A DNA stretch of 64,000 nucleotides from Opitutales bacterium (GCA_049598495.1 JBMYNR010000004.1:1-64000), one strand, 5' to 3'; positions 22,225 through 35,340 are shown, numbered from the stretch's first letter. Notes: a model not told the origin generated them from the sequence alone. Program-made: numbers and translations.

Positions 22225-24057
22225 ATGGAACAGAGTCATCTCAATTTTATCTTCATCGGGATCAGCTTCGCCCTCTACATCGGCATCGCGATCCGTTCAC
22301 GCGCCGGTTCCACCAAGGAATACTACACCGCGGGTGGGGGTGTCTCTCCTTTTGCCAATGGTATGGCCACTGCGGCGGACTGGATGTCGGCGGCCACCTT
22401 TATTTCCATGGCGGGCACCGTGGCTATTTCCGGCTACGATGCTTCTCGCTTCCTCATGGGCTGGACGGGTGGCTTCGTTTTACTGACCGTGCTCATGGTG
22501 CCTTACCTTCGGAAGTTTAACAAAGCGACCGTACCGGATTTCGTGGGCGATCGTTATTATTCGAAACTGGCGCGCGGGGTCGCCGTCGGTTGCGCGATCT
22601 TCATTTGTATGACCTATATTATGGGGCAGATGCGCGGCGTGGGTGTCGTCTTTTCACAGCTCTTTGGGATCAGCATCACCTCGGGAGTCATCATCGGTGG
22701 CGCAATCGTTTTCTTTTATGCCGGTCTGGGTGGGATGAAGGGCATTACTTATACTCAGGTGGCGCAATATTGTGTGATGGCCTTTGCCTACACCATACCC
22801 GCGGTCTACATCGCTATGGCTCTCACCGGCAATGTGCTTCCGCAGCTTGGATTGATCGGGGATTACACGGCCAGCCAGCCGGCGATTCCCTTCCTCGAGA
22901 AGTTGAACAACATCAACGAAGAGCTCGGCTTTCAGGCCTACACCTCGGGCAAGATGTCGACCTTGAATATGTTCTGTATCACTGCCGCGCTTATGTGTGG
23001 CACCGCGGGTCTGCCTCACGTCATTGTTCGCTTCTTTACTGTCAAAGACGTGAAAGCAGTTCGTAATTCAGCCTGCTGGACACTCTCGTTTATTGCCGTG
23101 ATCTACCTAACGGCTCCGACGATTGGAGCCTTCTCCCGCGTCAATCTCATCGAGAAGCTACACAACACGCCGTATCAGGAAGCCCCCTACTGGTTGAAGG
23201 AATTTGAAGCGACGGGGCAGATGGCATGGGTCGATAAAAACGGTGACGGTCGGATCCAGTATTTCGGGCCGGGGAAGTCGAACGCGGGTAGGGACGCGGT
23301 TTTCCTGGGTAAATCGCCCACGTATCCAACCTTTGGGGCAAGCGAGGATCAACTCTTCGGCAAATACGGGGAGCGTCTCCTCGCCAACAAGGCCGACGTC
23401 TCCAATCCGAATGAGCTCTGGTTCGGTAACGACATCATGGTAATGGCCAATCCGCACATGGCCGGTCTGCCCATGTGGGTGATTGCACTCCTTATGGCGG
23501 GCTGTATTGCGGCGGCGCTCTCCACTGCAGCGGGTCTCCTCCTCGTGCTTTCGACCTCGATCTCTCACGACTTGATGAAGAAGATTTTGAATCCGAATTT
23601 AACGGACCGGGAGGAGGTCAATTATGCCCGTTTTGCGTCCTTTGTTGCGCTGGCCGTGGCCGTCTACTTCGGGATTAACCCGCCGTCCCAGTTTATTGCG
23701 AAGACCGTCGCTTTTGCCTTTGGTTTGGCGGCCTCCTCCTTCTTTCCAACTCTCTTGATCGGGATCTTTTCCAAGACCATGAATAAGCAGGGTGCCATCG
23801 CTGGTATGCTGGCAGGTATCCTCTTTACCTTTTCCTATATTACTTACTTTCAGTTCTTAGGTGGGACTCCGGATCAATACCTATTTGGGATCACCCCCGA
23901 AGGGATTGGTTTTGTCGGTATGCTGATTAATTTCGTGGTCGCTTTTTCCGTGAAGGCCTTCACCGCAGATGCGCCCGAACATATCCGCGAGATGGTCCAA
24001 GAGATTCATATCCCGACCGGCGCGGGCGAGGCCAAGGGCCACGACTTCGATATTTAG
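22225..24057 (+). CDS. sodium:solute symporter (ActP-like, substrate unproven)
   Basis: [53 protein letters not shown]. Confidence 0.92.
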   Translation: MEQSHLNFIFIGISFALYIGIAIRSRAGSTKEYYTAGGGVSPFANGMATAADWMSAATFISMAGTVAISGYDASRFLMGWTGGFVLLTVLMVPYLRKFNKATVPDFVGDRYYSKLARGVAVGCAIFICMTYIMGQMRGVGVVFSQLFGISITSGVIIGGAIVFFYAGLGGMKGITYTQVAQYCVMAFAYTIPAVYIAMALTGNVLPQLGLIGDYTASQPAIPFLEKLNNINEELGFQAYTSGKMSTLNMFCITAALMCGTAGLPHVIVRFFTVKDVKAVRNSACWTLSFIAVIYLTAPTIGAFSRVNLIEKLHNTPYQEAPYWLKEFEATGQMAWVDKNGDGRIQYFGPGKSNAGRDAVFLGKSPTYPTFGASEDQLFGKYGERLLANKADVSNPNELWFGNDIMVMANPHMAGLPMWVIALLMAGCIAAALSTAAGLLLVLSTSISHDLMKKILNPNLTDREEVNYARFASFVALAVAVYFGINPPSQFIAKTVAFAFGLAASSFFPTLLIGIFSKTMNKQGAIAGMLAGILFTFSYITYFQFLGGTPDQYLFGITPEGIGFVGMLINFVVAFSVKAFTADAPEHIREMVQEIHIPTGAGEAKGHDFDI

Positions 24058-24138
24058 CTCGTTCTGCCTTGATGCCGACTCAAGTCGTGCCGCTACGGTC
24101 ATGCCGAAGCGCATCGCGCGTTCTGTGATTCGTCTGAC

Positions 24139-24198
24139 TGACTAGGGATGTAGCCCCCTCACCATGTCTCGGCGTGCTCTCAGAGCGAAGACGGATCT
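24139..24198 (+). repeat. repeat family G; inverted copy at 38136-38198
   Basis: Core CCTCACCATGTCTCGGCGT(A)GCTCTCAGAGCGAAGACG is shared with one indel. Confidence 0.8.
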
Positions 24199-24320
24199 GT
24201 GGCGACGCTATAGCAGCTAACGCGGCAACGGAATGCCTTGCGCACATTTGATCTAAGGCTGTTTGTGTAAAGCGGGATAAGTTCGCATCGCTTAGTTAAA
24301 TTATGTGTGTTCGGGTATTT

Positions 24321-24336
24321 TGGTATGCAGCTTGCT
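24321..24336 (+). promoter_or_regulatory. sigma-54 promoter of the porin gene
   Basis: TGGTATGCAGCTTGCT: GG-N10-GC, close to TGGCACG-N4-TTGCW, 54 nt before ATG 24391. Confidence 0.75.
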
Positions 24337-24390
24337 TCGATGTAGGGGCGCAATTGTTGCGTGAACAAAAAACAAATAAACATACATACT

Positions 24391-25305
24391 ATGAAATACA
24401 AAACTACATGCCTCCTCGCAGGTGCTGCCTTTTTTGGTGCAACTGCGAATGCTGAGATTATCCTGACGGATGAACTGAGTGCTTATGGTTATATCGATAT
24501 GGCGCTCACCGATGATGATGGTGCTGGTAATACCGAAACAGCGGTTGCTGAGTTCGAGCTTGGCTTCGCCTTCACACCGGCTGAAAGTGCATGGTCGGCG
24601 GTTGCAGAACTGTCCTTTGACAGTGAGGACACCGATCCTCAAGAGGAGGAAGACTCTACCGTCGAGTTCGAAACCGTCACCATCAGCTACCAGTACAGCG
24701 ACGCGCTGTCGTTCACCTTCGGTAACATCCTGAGCTACCAAGGTTTCGAAACCTTCGATGCCACTGGTCTCTATCAGTTCAGCTATGCCGGTTCAGACAA
24801 CACGCCTCTCTATTCTGCAAATTACGCGGTGGGCGCCTCTGCCGACTACAGCGCAGGTGACTTCGATCTCGGCCTATGGGTTGGTGATACGACCAGTTCG
24901 GATTTAAGCTACGAATACCTCGTTGCTTACAATGGTATTGAAAACCTTACGATTAAGGCGATCTATGCAGATGATCCCGGTTATGAGACCATCAATGTAT
25001 GGGCTGCCTATGAGTATGGCGACTTTACATTCGCTGTCGAAACGGTTGATACAGATGCAGAGGCAGGCAGCACGACTAGGGAAGTAGACGTGCAAACAGC
25101 CTTGGTTTACTACTCCATGGGTAAAGCAGGTATCACAGTTCGCTATGCGGACGGTGAGTGGGGCGGTGCTGATTATGATAAAATCACAATCTCTCCTAGC
25201 TACGCCTTCTCTGACAACGTGTTCGGTTTGGTTGAGTTCAGCCAGGAAGAACTCGGTGGAGTAGAAAGCGACACTGCTGCAGTCGAGCTGATTTACAGCT
25301 TCTAA
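24391..25305 (+). CDS. outer-membrane beta-barrel porin
   Basis: Signal peptide (ANA|E), alternating beta-strand pattern, GFETFD...YQFS, C-terminal aromatic YSF, very acidic. Confidence 0.85.
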   Translation: MKYKTTCLLAGAAFFGATANAEIILTDELSAYGYIDMALTDDDGAGNTETAVAEFELGFAFTPAESAWSAVAELSFDSEDTDPQEEEDSTVEFETVTISYQYSDALSFTFGNILSYQGFETFDATGLYQFSYAGSDNTPLYSANYAVGASADYSAGDFDLGLWVGDTTSSDLSYEYLVAYNGIENLTIKAIYADDPGYETINVWAAYEYGDFTFAVETVDTDAEAGSTTREVDVQTALVYYSMGKAGITVRYADGEWGGADYDKITISPSYAFSDNVFGLVEFSQEELGGVESDTAAVELIYSF

Positions 25306-25337
25306 GCTTGTTCTACGCTTAAGCGATCTTCATTTCT

Positions 25338-25370
25338 GGGGGCTCGCACATCGTGAGCCCCCTTTTTTTT
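25338..25370 (+). terminator. intrinsic terminator after the porin gene
   Basis: GGGGGCTC-loop-GAGCCCCC followed by T8. Confidence 0.85.
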
Positions 25371-25880
25371 ATGAATAGTCATTTTAAGTTTTTTCTACCT
25401 CTTTTTTCTCTGACCGCGCTTGGCTTTAGCCTAACCGCGCAGACCCAGGCGACGGTGACCCGTGCCGAGTATGAGGCACTCGCCGAACGAGTGGCATTGC
25501 TCGAGGCACGCATGAGTAGCGTCCCGGACCAGCAGATGGATGCGCTCACCCAAGAGGTGCTCGCGGCTATGCCGGAGCAGGCCGGGACTGAGGTAAGATT
25601 GATTGAATCTGTTGTTGCTGCGGTCAAACAGCGTGAGCAGGAAGTCAATTTTCCCTGGATGGATATGGCCAAGTGGGCGCCGATTCGTAAGGGTCTAACG
25701 CCTGCAGAGGTCGTGGAGCTTCTCGGAGATCCGACACTGGACGAACCCTCACTGCATCGCCGTATCGATTTTGTCTATACCTATCAAGGCCGTCGCCCCG
25801 CGACGAATCAACGGGTCGAAGGGAAAATCCGCTTTTATAAAGGCGTCGTCGTTGAGATTGAGCTTCCTGTCATTGACTAG
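25371..25880 (+). CDS. exported protein with coiled coil and SmpA/BamE-like C-terminal domain
   Basis: Signal peptide; IRKGLTPAEVVELLGDP resembles the SmpA/OmlA 'GMTxxEVxxxLGxP' motif. Confidence 0.65.
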   Translation: MNSHFKFFLPLFSLTALGFSLTAQTQATVTRAEYEALAERVALLEARMSSVPDQQMDALTQEVLAAMPEQAGTEVRLIESVVAAVKQREQEVNFPWMDMAKWAPIRKGLTPAEVVELLGDPTLDEPSLHRRIDFVYTYQGRRPATNQRVEGKIRFYKGVVVEIELPVID

Positions 25881-25910
25881 TCGGTTATTTGCTGCAGAGC
25901 ATTTATTTAC

Positions 25911-25938
25911 GCGCCCCGCATTTGGGGCGCTTTTTTTT
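25911..25938 (+). terminator. intrinsic terminator
   Basis: GCGCCCC-GCATTT-GGGGCGC followed by T8. Confidence 0.85.
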
Positions 25939-26162
25939 GGTTCATCGTCAAAGTGAGGGGAAAGGAGGTGCAGTGAAGCGGTGAATAACTCCTGATACAA
26001 AATTGCAATAGGGATGTCTCCATTGATCCGGGTCGGCTTGGTGCCGGACGCCCTGAAGGGCGCACACCAAGGCTTAGAGCGCATGGAGCTTTGTTGGAGT
26101 TCGGCCTTTAGGCCGTCTTATTCCCTATCTACAAAGCTTTTAATCTCTACACACGGCACAAC

Positions 26163-26537
26163 GTAGCGAACTTGCGCCAGCAAGGTCGATGGACGGACGT
26201 CTTCGCCGATTCAAAACCCTTTATACGTCGACGCGACTGGCATCGCATCGCTACATCCGGCACGACGTAGCGAACTTGCGCTAGTAAGATCGACGGGCAA
26301 GCGCTTCCGTCTGTTCGGAATGCCAGACAGGCCGACGCGATTCTTATCAGAGTTCGAACTCTTCCCCAGACTTTGACGATGAGCCTTTTTTTTTGGCCCT
26401 CATACGTCGACGCGACTGGCATCGCATCGCTACATCTGGCATGACGTAGCGAACTTGCGCCAGCAAGGTCGACGGGCGGGCGCCTCCGTCTGTTCGGAAC
26501 CCCTTGAATGTCGACGCGACTGGCATCGCATCGCTAC
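26163..26537. repeat. array of family A REP doublets (three left arms, three intact right arms)
   Basis: GTAGCGAACTTGCGCCAGCAAGGTCGA-like arms at 26163, 26267, 26446; GTCGACGCGACTGGCATCGCATCGCTAC ending 26254, 26433, 26537. Confidence 0.88.
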
Positions 26538-26930
26538 CCACATTGAAGGGTTTTGGGTTATTATACGGAACGATCTGCGTGGCAGTTACTGGAAGCCCTT
26601 CTGTGCTTTCATTGAGGCAATATTCGGGCTCGGGCGTTCTGTATGAAGCTAGCCTTAAGTGGATGTTGCATCGGTCAAATACAACGCAGATTGCTTTCGC
26701 CTATTTTTTCGGCTAATACCGAATCTTCGGTGTATAATCTGCATCATCTTGCTGTCTCAGATTTCCGCTAGAAGTGCGATGGCAATTTTGAGCACTCTCC
26801 GATAAATGATGGTCTATTTTATCTTGATTGTAGCTGTGCTCGTGGATGGCGACGGCCTCTCTTAACTGACGAACACCGTATCTGAGTACATAGTTTGATT
26901 AAAAGAATAAAAAAAGCGACCCGGTAAGCG

Positions 26931-26948
26931 TTGGCATCAGTTGTGCTA
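26931..26948 (+). promoter_or_regulatory. sigma-54 promoter of the urt-ure operon
   Basis: TTGGCATCAGTTGTGCTA: GG-N10-GC, 60 nt before urtA ATG, with an A-tract upstream. Confidence 0.7.
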
Positions 26949-27008
26949 TCAAAGGTTCAGAAGCCACGCTTCATTCTAAATCAGACAACACTCACGATCA
27001 TTATATAA

Positions 27009-28265
27009 ATGAAACATTCAGTTAAAAAAATTCTGTCATTAGTATCCGCAGGTGCGATGGCATTGAGCGCATCCTCCCTGCGTGCTGACGATACTGTTAA
27101 GGTTGGCGTCCTGCACTCTCTCAGTGGCACCATGGCTATTTCTGAGACTTCACTCCGAGATATCCTTCTCTTCACTTTCGATGAAATCAACGCCAGCGGT
27201 GGTGTTCTCGGTAAGCAGATTGAGCCTGTTATTGCAGATGGTGCTTCCGATTGGCCTGTGTTCGCTGAAAAATCCGAGCAGCTTCTTGCTCAAGACAAGT
27301 GCGCCGCGGTCTTCGGATGCTGGACTTCGGTGAGCCGCAAATTCGCACTCCCTGTATTTGAAAAGTATAATGGTTTGCTCTTCTACCCGGTTCAGTATGA
27401 GGGCGAAGAGGAGTCCCCGAATATCATTTACACAGCCGAAGCAGTCGGCCAGCAGGCAATTCCTGCGGTGGATTACTTGCTCAAGGAGGGCTACAAGAAG
27501 TTCTATTTGATCGGCACGGATTATGTATATCCGCAAACAACCAATATAGTCCTTTTTGAATATCTGCTTTCAAAAGGGATCCCGGTCGAAAATATCGGCG
27601 GTGGGATTCGATATGAAGGTGATGTTGCAGTCTCTGCCGGTAACTACACACCATTCGGCCACACGGACTTCCAGCAGATCGTTGCTGAAATCAAGGATTT
27701 CGCAGCGTCCGGTGACGCCTGCGTGATTAACACCATTAACGGTGATGCGAACGTACCTTTCTTTAAGGAGATCGCGGCTTCCGGTTTAACCTCGGATGAT
27801 TGCCCGATCGTTTCCTTCTCACTCTCCGAAGATGAGTTTCGTAGTCTTCCGACCAAGGATCTGGTCGGGCACCTTGGCTGCTGGACCTATTTTATGTCGA
27901 TCGATACGCCGGCTAATGAGAAATTCAAGGCAGACTTCCAATCATGGCTCAAAACCAAAGCACCTGATGCTGTCCAAAAGGAAGGTCGTGTGACCTGCTC
28001 TCCGATGGTGCTTTCCTACAATGGGGTCTATCTCTGGAAGGCAGCAGTTGAGAAGGCTGGTACATTTGAGCCGGAAGCTGTTATTAAGGCGCTCGAGAGT
28101 GGCATTTCCTTCGACGGTCCCGGTGGTACGGTGACCAGTCAGAAGAACCACCATGTGACCAAGAGCGTATACATCGGTGAAACACTTGAAGACGGGCAAT
28201 TTGAAATTCTTGAAACCATTCCTGACGTCTATGGCGAGCCTTGGTTGAAGGGGTCTTTCAAGTAA
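27009..28265 (+). CDS. urtA: urea ABC transporter substrate-binding protein
   Basis: [44 protein letters not shown]. Confidence 0.95.
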   Translation: MKHSVKKILSLVSAGAMALSASSLRADDTVKVGVLHSLSGTMAISETSLRDILLFTFDEINASGGVLGKQIEPVIADGASDWPVFAEKSEQLLAQDKCAAVFGCWTSVSRKFALPVFEKYNGLLFYPVQYEGEEESPNIIYTAEAVGQQAIPAVDYLLKEGYKKFYLIGTDYVYPQTTNIVLFEYLLSKGIPVENIGGGIRYEGDVAVSAGNYTPFGHTDFQQIVAEIKDFAASGDACVINTINGDANVPFFKEIAASGLTSDDCPIVSFSLSEDEFRSLPTKDLVGHLGCWTYFMSIDTPANEKFKADFQSWLKTKAPDAVQKEGRVTCSPMVLSYNGVYLWKAAVEKAGTFEPEAVIKALESGISFDGPGGTVTSQKNHHVTKSVYIGETLEDGQFEILETIPDVYGEPWLKGSFK

Positions 28266-28307
28266 TCGAAGCGATCGTTCTTCATCGTAAATTGTAGATT
28301 GGTTTGT

Positions 28308-28341
28308 GGGGCTTGTGGGTTTTTTCCTGCAAGCCCCTCTT
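28308..28341 (+). terminator. hairpin/partial terminator between urtA and urtB
   Basis: GGGGCTTG...CAAGCCCC stem with a weak T tail. Confidence 0.55.
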
Positions 28342-28410
28342 ACATGAAGAATGTATGAGGTTTTTTGGAGAAATTATAATATCATTTCGAAGTATGTTTA
28401 CCCTGTTTGA

Positions 28411-28563
28411 GGTAGGGCGGGCTCGCCGAGCGCGCCGTTCGGCAAGCGAGATCACCTGCTCAGATGATCTGGATCGTCTTACGATACCAAACGACGATCG
28501 GTGCTTGGTCCGATCTCTTCAATTCGGCCTTCTTGCCAGCTCGGCACGGCGAAGCCGCCCGAC
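28411..28563. repeat. long REP doublet (family E)
   Basis: GGTAGGGCGGGCTCGCCGAGC ... TGGTCCGAT...GCCAGCTCGGCACGGCGAAGCCGCCCGAC; right half resembles 58685-58747. Confidence 0.6.
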
Positions 28564-28627
28564 AGTGCTCAACCTTTATATATTTCGTATTCATAGGTGT
28601 CCGGAGCCAGATTTTGGAATTTAAATT

Positions 28628-30283
28628 ATGGTAACTTTATTGTGTAATAGACTATCAAGGGCGTGGATTCCATTGCTGCTGTGTGTCTTTTTTAACACTT
28701 CTGGTGCGGCTGAAGAGCGTGCTGCGCGTGTGGTTTTTGCTGAATTGATTCTTGCTGAACCATCGGCACAGTCCGCGCTAATTGAGGAGTTGTCCAACTC
28801 GGGCGACCAAGTAATTGCTGAAATCTACAATGCATGGCGCACGGGGGGGATTTATACTTTGTCGGATAACGATGAATTGAAATTGCTACAGTTGAGCGAG
28901 AAGCAGGAGTGGTCGTTGGTGGCGAGCGGAGAGGTACTATCGCTCTCGGACGAGCAAGCTGCTCGCGCAAGAAAAGAGCGTGCGTCGCGAAAGACGAGGA
29001 AGTTGATGAAGGGTATCATTGATACACTTGGCTTGAAAGCGGATGAACCATCTGTAAGGATCGACTCCGCGATGAAGATGGGGCTGAGCCAGAAGCCCGA
29101 ATTTATTGATGCGCTGCAGGCACGGATCGAGGTGGAACCGTCAAAAGAAGTTCTGCAGGTGTTTAAGGAAGCGCTGGCAATTAATCTGTTGAAGAATGGA
29201 TCGGAAGAAGAGGTCCTTTCGGCGGTCGAAGAGTTGTCAGAGCTCAAATCCATTGCTGCACGCGGCTTTATTGAGAAGCTGCTACAGACAGAGCAGGAAG
29301 CGGAGCGATTCGGGAGTGCATTGGCAGAGGCGTGTCAACGTGCTTTGACTACAATCGAATCACATATCAATACGCTGGAGTTTTTTGGCAGCTTCTTCCG
29401 TGGTTTTAGCACCGGTTCCGTCCTACTGATTGTTTCTTTTGGTTTAGCGATTACCTTTGGCTTAATGGGGATCATTAATATGGCCCATGGCGAGTTTGTC
29501 GCGATTGGCGGCTATATTACCTTCATGGTGCAGTCTTTCTTTATCAAGACTTGGGGTATTGGTAGCGCGGTATTTGATTGGTATTTCCTAGTCTCTCTTC
29601 CCTTGAGCTTTTTCGTGGCCGCATCGTTCGGTTTATTGCTGGAGAAATCGATCATTCGCTTTCTCTATCGTCGTCCACTTGAGTCGCTTTTATGCACCTG
29701 GGGAATCTCGATGGTGATGCAGCAATGCTTCCGCCTTATCTTTGGCGCGGCCAATGTGCAGGTGAACAATCCGGGTTGGTTAATGGGCAGTCTCAGTCTC
29801 GGCGGCTTTAGTATGAGTTATACACGACTCTTTATCATGCTGCTTGCGCTGATTGTAGTGATGATGACCTGGTTCCTTCTTCGAAAGACAAATTTGGGGC
29901 TGCATATTCGTGCGGTCATGCAGAATCGCGGTATGGCAAGTAGTCTGGGGATTCCCGTTTCGCGTGTGAATTCGATGACTTTTGCATTGGGTTGTGGATT
30001 GGCTGCACTGGGAGGTTCGGCTCTGTCTCAAATTGGCAATGTGGGGCCGCTGATGGGGCAGGCCTACATCGTCGATAGTTTTATGGTCGTGGTCATTGGC
30101 AGCGTTGGAAATCTGCTTGGCGCGGGTCTTTCAGCTATGGGAATCGGTCTGGTCGACCAGTTACTCCAGCCTTCCCTAGGTCCGGTGATGGGCAAGATCA
30201 CGGTGTTCTTTGTGATCATTCTGTTCCTTCAGTGGCGTCCCGGTGGCTTATTTCCCACTCGTTCTCGTAGTCTGGATGACTGA
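28628..30283 (+). CDS. urtB: urea ABC transporter permease
   Basis: [43 protein letters not shown], with the long N-terminal periplasmic region typical of UrtB. Confidence 0.93.
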   Translation: MVTLLCNRLSRAWIPLLLCVFFNTSGAAEERAARVVFAELILAEPSAQSALIEELSNSGDQVIAEIYNAWRTGGIYTLSDNDELKLLQLSEKQEWSLVASGEVLSLSDEQAARARKERASRKTRKLMKGIIDTLGLKADEPSVRIDSAMKMGLSQKPEFIDALQARIEVEPSKEVLQVFKEALAINLLKNGSEEEVLSAVEELSELKSIAARGFIEKLLQTEQEAERFGSALAEACQRALTTIESHINTLEFFGSFFRGFSTGSVLLIVSFGLAITFGLMGIINMAHGEFVAIGGYITFMVQSFFIKTWGIGSAVFDWYFLVSLPLSFFVAASFGLLLEKSIIRFLYRRPLESLLCTWGISMVMQQCFRLIFGAANVQVNNPGWLMGSLSLGGFSMSYTRLFIMLLALIVVMMTWFLLRKTNLGLHIRAVMQNRGMASSLGIPVSRVNSMTFALGCGLAALGGSALSQIGNVGPLMGQAYIVDSFMVVVIGSVGNLLGAGLSAMGIGLVDQLLQPSLGPVMGKITVFFVIILFLQWRPGGLFPTRSRSLDD

Positions 30284-30302
30284 TTTAAAAAATTGCTTAA
30301 GT

Positions 30303-31412
30303 ATGCGTCTTAACGATAATAAAAAAGAGATTGGTATCCTCGGACTTTTCTTCGGTTTGTTGATGTTGATCCCGACGCTGAACGCATGGGGCCCGGATTC
30401 GGGCTTTATGTCGATCAGTTCATTTCAAGTATCGCTTTGGGGTAAATACCTGACCTATGCGATTCTGGCTATGAGCCTGAATCTACTTTGGGGTTACACG
30501 GGGCTACTCTGCTTATGCCAAAGCCTGTTCTTCGCACTGGGAGGATACATGATGGGGATGTATCTGATGCTGATGATCGGAGAGCGCGGTGCTTATGGAA
30601 GTGCCCTGCCGGATTTCATGGTTTTTCTGGGTTATCAGGAATTGCCGATCCACTGGACCCCATTCTACAACTTCTGGTTTGCGACCGGAGCGGTGCTTTG
30701 GGTGCCGGGACTGCTTGCCCTCATCTTCGGTTTCCTTGCGTTTCGATCGCGAATCAAAGGGGTATATTTTTCTATCCTTACACAGGCGCTGACCTATGCG
30801 TGTTGTTTGCTGTTCTTTCGCAATGACTTTACCTTTGGCGGTAACAACGGGTTCACAGACTTCAAGGATATACTGGGCATGGATCTAAACTCGGCGAGCA
30901 CGACTCGCTGCCTGTATGTCGCGACTGTGCTGTTGCTCTTGCTTACTTACATAATCACATCCGGCTTACTCAAATCTAAGTTGGGCAAGGTGCAGCAAGC
31001 GATTCGTGATTCAGAAAACCGTGTGTTGTTTTCCGGTTATTCGACAACGAGCTTCAAGCTGATGATCTTTGTGCTCTCAGCGATGATCGCCGGAGCTGCT
31101 GGAGCACTATACGTGCCGCAGGTTGGTGGGATAAACCCCAGTGCCATGGAGGCCGCAAAATCGCTCGAGGTGGTCGTTTGGGTAGCGGTTGGGGGTCGGG
31201 GAACCAAGTGGGGGCCGGTGATCGGTGCCATATTGGTCAACTTGCTGAAAAGTTATACCACTCAGGCGTTCCCGGATTACTGGCTGATAATTATGGGCGG
31301 GCTTTTTGTCTTTGTTGTTTTGGTCATGCCGGACGGCCTAGTCGGTGTGTTCAGGCAGGCCAAGAGCTGGATTGCTCAGAAACGTTCACTCCAAACCGAG
31401 GCAACTGCTTAA
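30303..31412 (+). CDS. urtC: urea ABC transporter permease
   Basis: [43 protein letters not shown]. Confidence 0.93.
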   Translation: MRLNDNKKEIGILGLFFGLLMLIPTLNAWGPDSGFMSISSFQVSLWGKYLTYAILAMSLNLLWGYTGLLCLCQSLFFALGGYMMGMYLMLMIGERGAYGSALPDFMVFLGYQELPIHWTPFYNFWFATGAVLWVPGLLALIFGFLAFRSRIKGVYFSILTQALTYACCLLFFRNDFTFGGNNGFTDFKDILGMDLNSASTTRCLYVATVLLLLLTYIITSGLLKSKLGKVQQAIRDSENRVLFSGYSTTSFKLMIFVLSAMIAGAAGALYVPQVGGINPSAMEAAKSLEVVVWVAVGGRGTKWGPVIGAILVNLLKSYTTQAFPDYWLIIMGGLFVFVVLVMPDGLVGVFRQAKSWIAQKRSLQTEATA

Positions 31413-31416
31413 GACG

Positions 31417-32229
<813 letters not shown>

Positions 32230-32235
32230 AGACCA

Positions 32236-32967
32236 ATGATTGTAGAAGACAAAAAACTGCCCGCTGCTCCATTGCTTTCCGTTGAAGCTCTGAAGGCGAG
32301 TTATGATGAGTCGATCATACTACGTGGTATCGACATGGTTGTGCCGCCCAATTCGGTTGTTGCCTTGTTGGGCCGCAACGGAGTCGGAAAAACCTCGCTC
32401 TTGCGCAGCATTATGGGGTTGATGCCTAGGACTGTGGGAAGGATTACCTTCGATGGAGAACCGATCAGTAATATGCGGGCGGATCAGCGAGCGCGACTTG
32501 GCTTAGGCTACGTGCCGCAGGGACGTGACATCTTTCCTAATCTCACTGTGCAGGAAAATCTCGAGGTCAGCTTGAGTATTTCCGGAGCTGCGGGTTATGG
32601 GCGCCTTGAAGAGGTGTACGAATTGTTTCCGGTAATTAAGGATATGCTTGGCCGTAAGGGGGGCGTACTATCCGGTGGTCAGCAGCAACAGCTTGCGATT
32701 GGACGTGCATTGCTGACGAATCCCAAGCTATTGATTCTCGATGAGCCGACCGAGGGTATCCAGCCATCCATTATCGATCAGATTGAGGATGCGATTCACC
32801 TGCTGAAGAAGCAGGGAAGTCTCAGCATTATTCTAGTTGAGCAATATCTTGATTTTGCTAAGGCTGCCAGCGATACCTTCTATATTCTCGACCGCGGCAG
32901 TGTCGTTCTCTCCGGGGAGTCCGGCGAGCTGACGCCTGAAGTCATTGAAAAGCACCTTACTGTCTAG
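32236..32967 (+). CDS. urtE: urea ABC transporter ATP-binding protein
   Basis: GRNGVGKT, YVPQGRDIF, LSGGQQQQLAIGRAL, DEPTEGIQPSII. Confidence 0.94.
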   Translation: MIVEDKKLPAAPLLSVEALKASYDESIILRGIDMVVPPNSVVALLGRNGVGKTSLLRSIMGLMPRTVGRITFDGEPISNMRADQRARLGLGYVPQGRDIFPNLTVQENLEVSLSISGAAGYGRLEEVYELFPVIKDMLGRKGGVLSGGQQQQLAIGRALLTNPKLLILDEPTEGIQPSIIDQIEDAIHLLKKQGSLSIILVEQYLDFAKAASDTFYILDRGSVVLSGESGELTPEVIEKHLTV

Positions 32968-32973
32968 ATACCC

Positions 32974-33276
32974 ATGCACCTAACACCTCGTGAACAGGAA
33001 AAGCTGATGGTTGTGGTGGCCGCGGATCTCGCCCGTCGTCGCCAAGGACGTGGACTAAAACTTAATTATCCCGAATCTATTGCGATTATCACCTACGAGA
33101 TTCTAGAAGGAATCCGTGACGGCAAGAGTGTCGCCGACCTCATGAGTTTCGGCACGGAAATTCTCAAGCGCGAAGATGTCTTGGAGGGCGTTCCGGAAAT
33201 GATTCAAGAAGTGCAGGTCGAGGGCACCTTCCCTGACGGCACAAAACTGGTTACCGTTCATAATCCGATCCGATGA
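32974..33276 (+). CDS. ureA: urease gamma subunit
   Basis: [30 protein letters not shown]. Confidence 0.98.
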   Translation: MHLTPREQEKLMVVVAADLARRRQGRGLKLNYPESIAIITYEILEGIRDGKSVADLMSFGTEILKREDVLEGVPEMIQEVQVEGTFPDGTKLVTVHNPIR

Positions 33277-33587
33277 TTCCCGGGGAATACAAATACTCTA
33301 ATCCTAACGAATTGCTGGCTGGAAATCCCGGTTTGGTGACTATCTGTATAGAAGTTACGAATGCAGGCGACCGTCCGGTTCAGATTGGTAGTCACTTTCA
33401 TTTCTACGAGGTCAATGAGTCCTTGCTGTTTGAGCGAGAAGCGACGAAGGGTTTTCGTTTGAATATCGCTGCCGGCACGGCAGTGCGTTTTGAGCCGGGA
33501 GATGTTCGGGAGGTGGAGCTCGTAGCCCTTGCCGGTGAGCGCCTCGTCTACGGTTTGAATAACAAGGTGGATAGTGCTCTTGATTAA
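33273..33587 (+). CDS. ureB: urease beta subunit
   Basis: [30 protein letters not shown]. Confidence 0.98.
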   Translation: MIPGEYKYSNPNELLAGNPGLVTICIEVTNAGDRPVQIGSHFHFYEVNESLLFEREATKGFRLNIAAGTAVRFEPGDVREVELVALAGERLVYGLNNKVDSALD

Positions 33588-33604
33588 CCCCGCGGATTAT
33601 TACC

Positions 33605-35338
33605 ATGAGTCTTGAATTTACACGTCGTCAATACGCCGAGATGTTCGGCCCCACCTTGGGTGTTCAAGTGCGCCTCGCCGATACGGAACTGTTTATCGAG
33701 GTGGAGCGAGACCTGATTGCTGAAGCTGGAGGGTATGGAAATGAGGTCAAATTTGGCGGAGGCAAAGTCATTCGTGACGGCATGGGCCAATCGCCGCTAG
33801 CCGTAGGGGAGGATTGCCTCGATTTGGTGCTCACCAATGCCACTATCATTGATCCGGTGCTTGGGATCATTAAGGCTGACATCGGAGTGAAGGAAGGCCG
33901 TATTGCCGGAATCGGGCATGCGGGCAATCCTTTGATCCAGTCAGGGATCACTGAGGGGATGGTGATCGGTGCCGGCACTGAGGTGATTGCGGCTGAGGGG
34001 CATATTGTTACTGCGGGCGGATTTGACTCACACATTCACTTTATTTGCCCACAACAGATCAACGAAGCCCTCTCCAGTGGAGTGACCACTATGACCGGTG
34101 GCGGCACCGGGCCTGCGACGGGTACGAATGCGACGACCTGCACGCCGGGCAAATGGAACATCCACAAAATGCTTGAGGCGGCCGAAGCCTTTCCGATGAA
34201 CCTTGGTTTCATGGGTAAGGGCAATGCATCCAACCTCGCTGCACTACGTGAGCAGGTCGATGCCGGGGCTATGGGGCTTAAGTTACACGAGGACTGGGGG
34301 ACGACCCCGAGTGCCATCGACCATTGCTTGACGGTGGCTGATGAGTTGGATGTGCAGGTAGCAATCCATACGGATACTTTGAATGAGTCTGGCTTTGTAG
34401 AAACCACAATCGGAGCCTTTAAGGATCGAGTCATTCATACCTTTCACTCTGAAGGAGCCGGCGGCGGCCACGCCCCGGACATTATGAAGGTGTGTGGCTT
34501 GCCGAATGTGCTGCCATCCTCGACAAATCCGACACGGCCTTTCACCGTAAATACCATCGATGAGCACTTGGATATGCTCATGGTCTGCCACCATCTGGAC
34601 TCCAAAATCCCCGAGGATGTCGCTTTTGCGGAATCACGCATCCGACCGCAGACGATTGCAGCCGAAGATATCCTGCACGACCGGGGCGCGATCTCTATTA
34701 TGTCGAGTGACAGTCAAGCGATGGGACGTGTGGGCGAAGTGATTATTCGCACATGGCAGACTGCCGATAAGATGAAGAAGCAATTCGGTAAGTTGGAATC
34801 CAAGGAGCATCCTGCTGCGGACAATTTCCGAGTGTTGCGCTATGTCGCAAAATACACAATCAACCCAGCAATTGCCTGTGGCTGTGCAGCGGATGTCGGT
34901 AGTCTCGAAGTTGGCAAGCTCGCGGATATCGTGATCTTCAAGCCTGCGCTATTTGGCGTGAAGCCGGAGTTTGTGCTGAAGGGTGGAATGATTGCAATGG
35001 CCAATATGGGCGACCCGAACGCGTCGATTCCGACGCCACAGCCAATGTATTATCGTCCGCAGTTTGCTTCCTTTGGTAAGGCTCTCGAAAAAACCTCAAT
35101 TACTTTCGTAAGCCAGTCGGCAGTGGATAAGAATGTCGCAGCTGAGCTCGGTTTGGAAAAAATCATACGCCCTGTCATGGACACGCGGAAAATTTCGAAG
35201 TACGATATGGTTTTGAATGATTATTTACCTGAGATTAAGATAGATCCTGAGACCTACACCGTCACCGCCGACGGCGAGATCCTGACTTGTGAGCCGGCGG
35301 AGTCTTTACCTATGGCTCAGCGGTATTTTTTATTCTAG
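33605..35338 (+). CDS. ureC: urease alpha subunit
   Basis: [48 protein letters not shown]. Confidence 0.99.
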   Translation: MSLEFTRRQYAEMFGPTLGVQVRLADTELFIEVERDLIAEAGGYGNEVKFGGGKVIRDGMGQSPLAVGEDCLDLVLTNATIIDPVLGIIKADIGVKEGRIAGIGHAGNPLIQSGITEGMVIGAGTEVIAAEGHIVTAGGFDSHIHFICPQQINEALSSGVTTMTGGGTGPATGTNATTCTPGKWNIHKMLEAAEAFPMNLGFMGKGNASNLAALREQVDAGAMGLKLHEDWGTTPSAIDHCLTVADELDVQVAIHTDTLNESGFVETTIGAFKDRVIHTFHSEGAGGGHAPDIMKVCGLPNVLPSSTNPTRPFTVNTIDEHLDMLMVCHHLDSKIPEDVAFAESRIRPQTIAAEDILHDRGAISIMSSDSQAMGRVGEVIIRTWQTADKMKKQFGKLESKEHPAADNFRVLRYVAKYTINPAIACGCAADVGSLEVGKLADIVIFKPALFGVKPEFVLKGGMIAMANMGDPNASIPTPQPMYYRPQFASFGKALEKTSITFVSQSAVDKNVAAELGLEKIIRPVMDTRKISKYDMVLNDYLPEIKIDPETYTVTADGEILTCEPAESLPMAQRYFLF

Positions 35339-35340
35339 AT

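Noticed and set aside
26163..26537. CRISPR array
   Set aside because: Units alternate in orientation, spacers resemble each other, and no cas genes are present; fits REP doublets. The same applies to 4139-4338.
26640..26880. NtrC enhancer upstream of urtA
   Set aside because: No convincing TGCAC-N7-GTGCA dyad could be found by eye.
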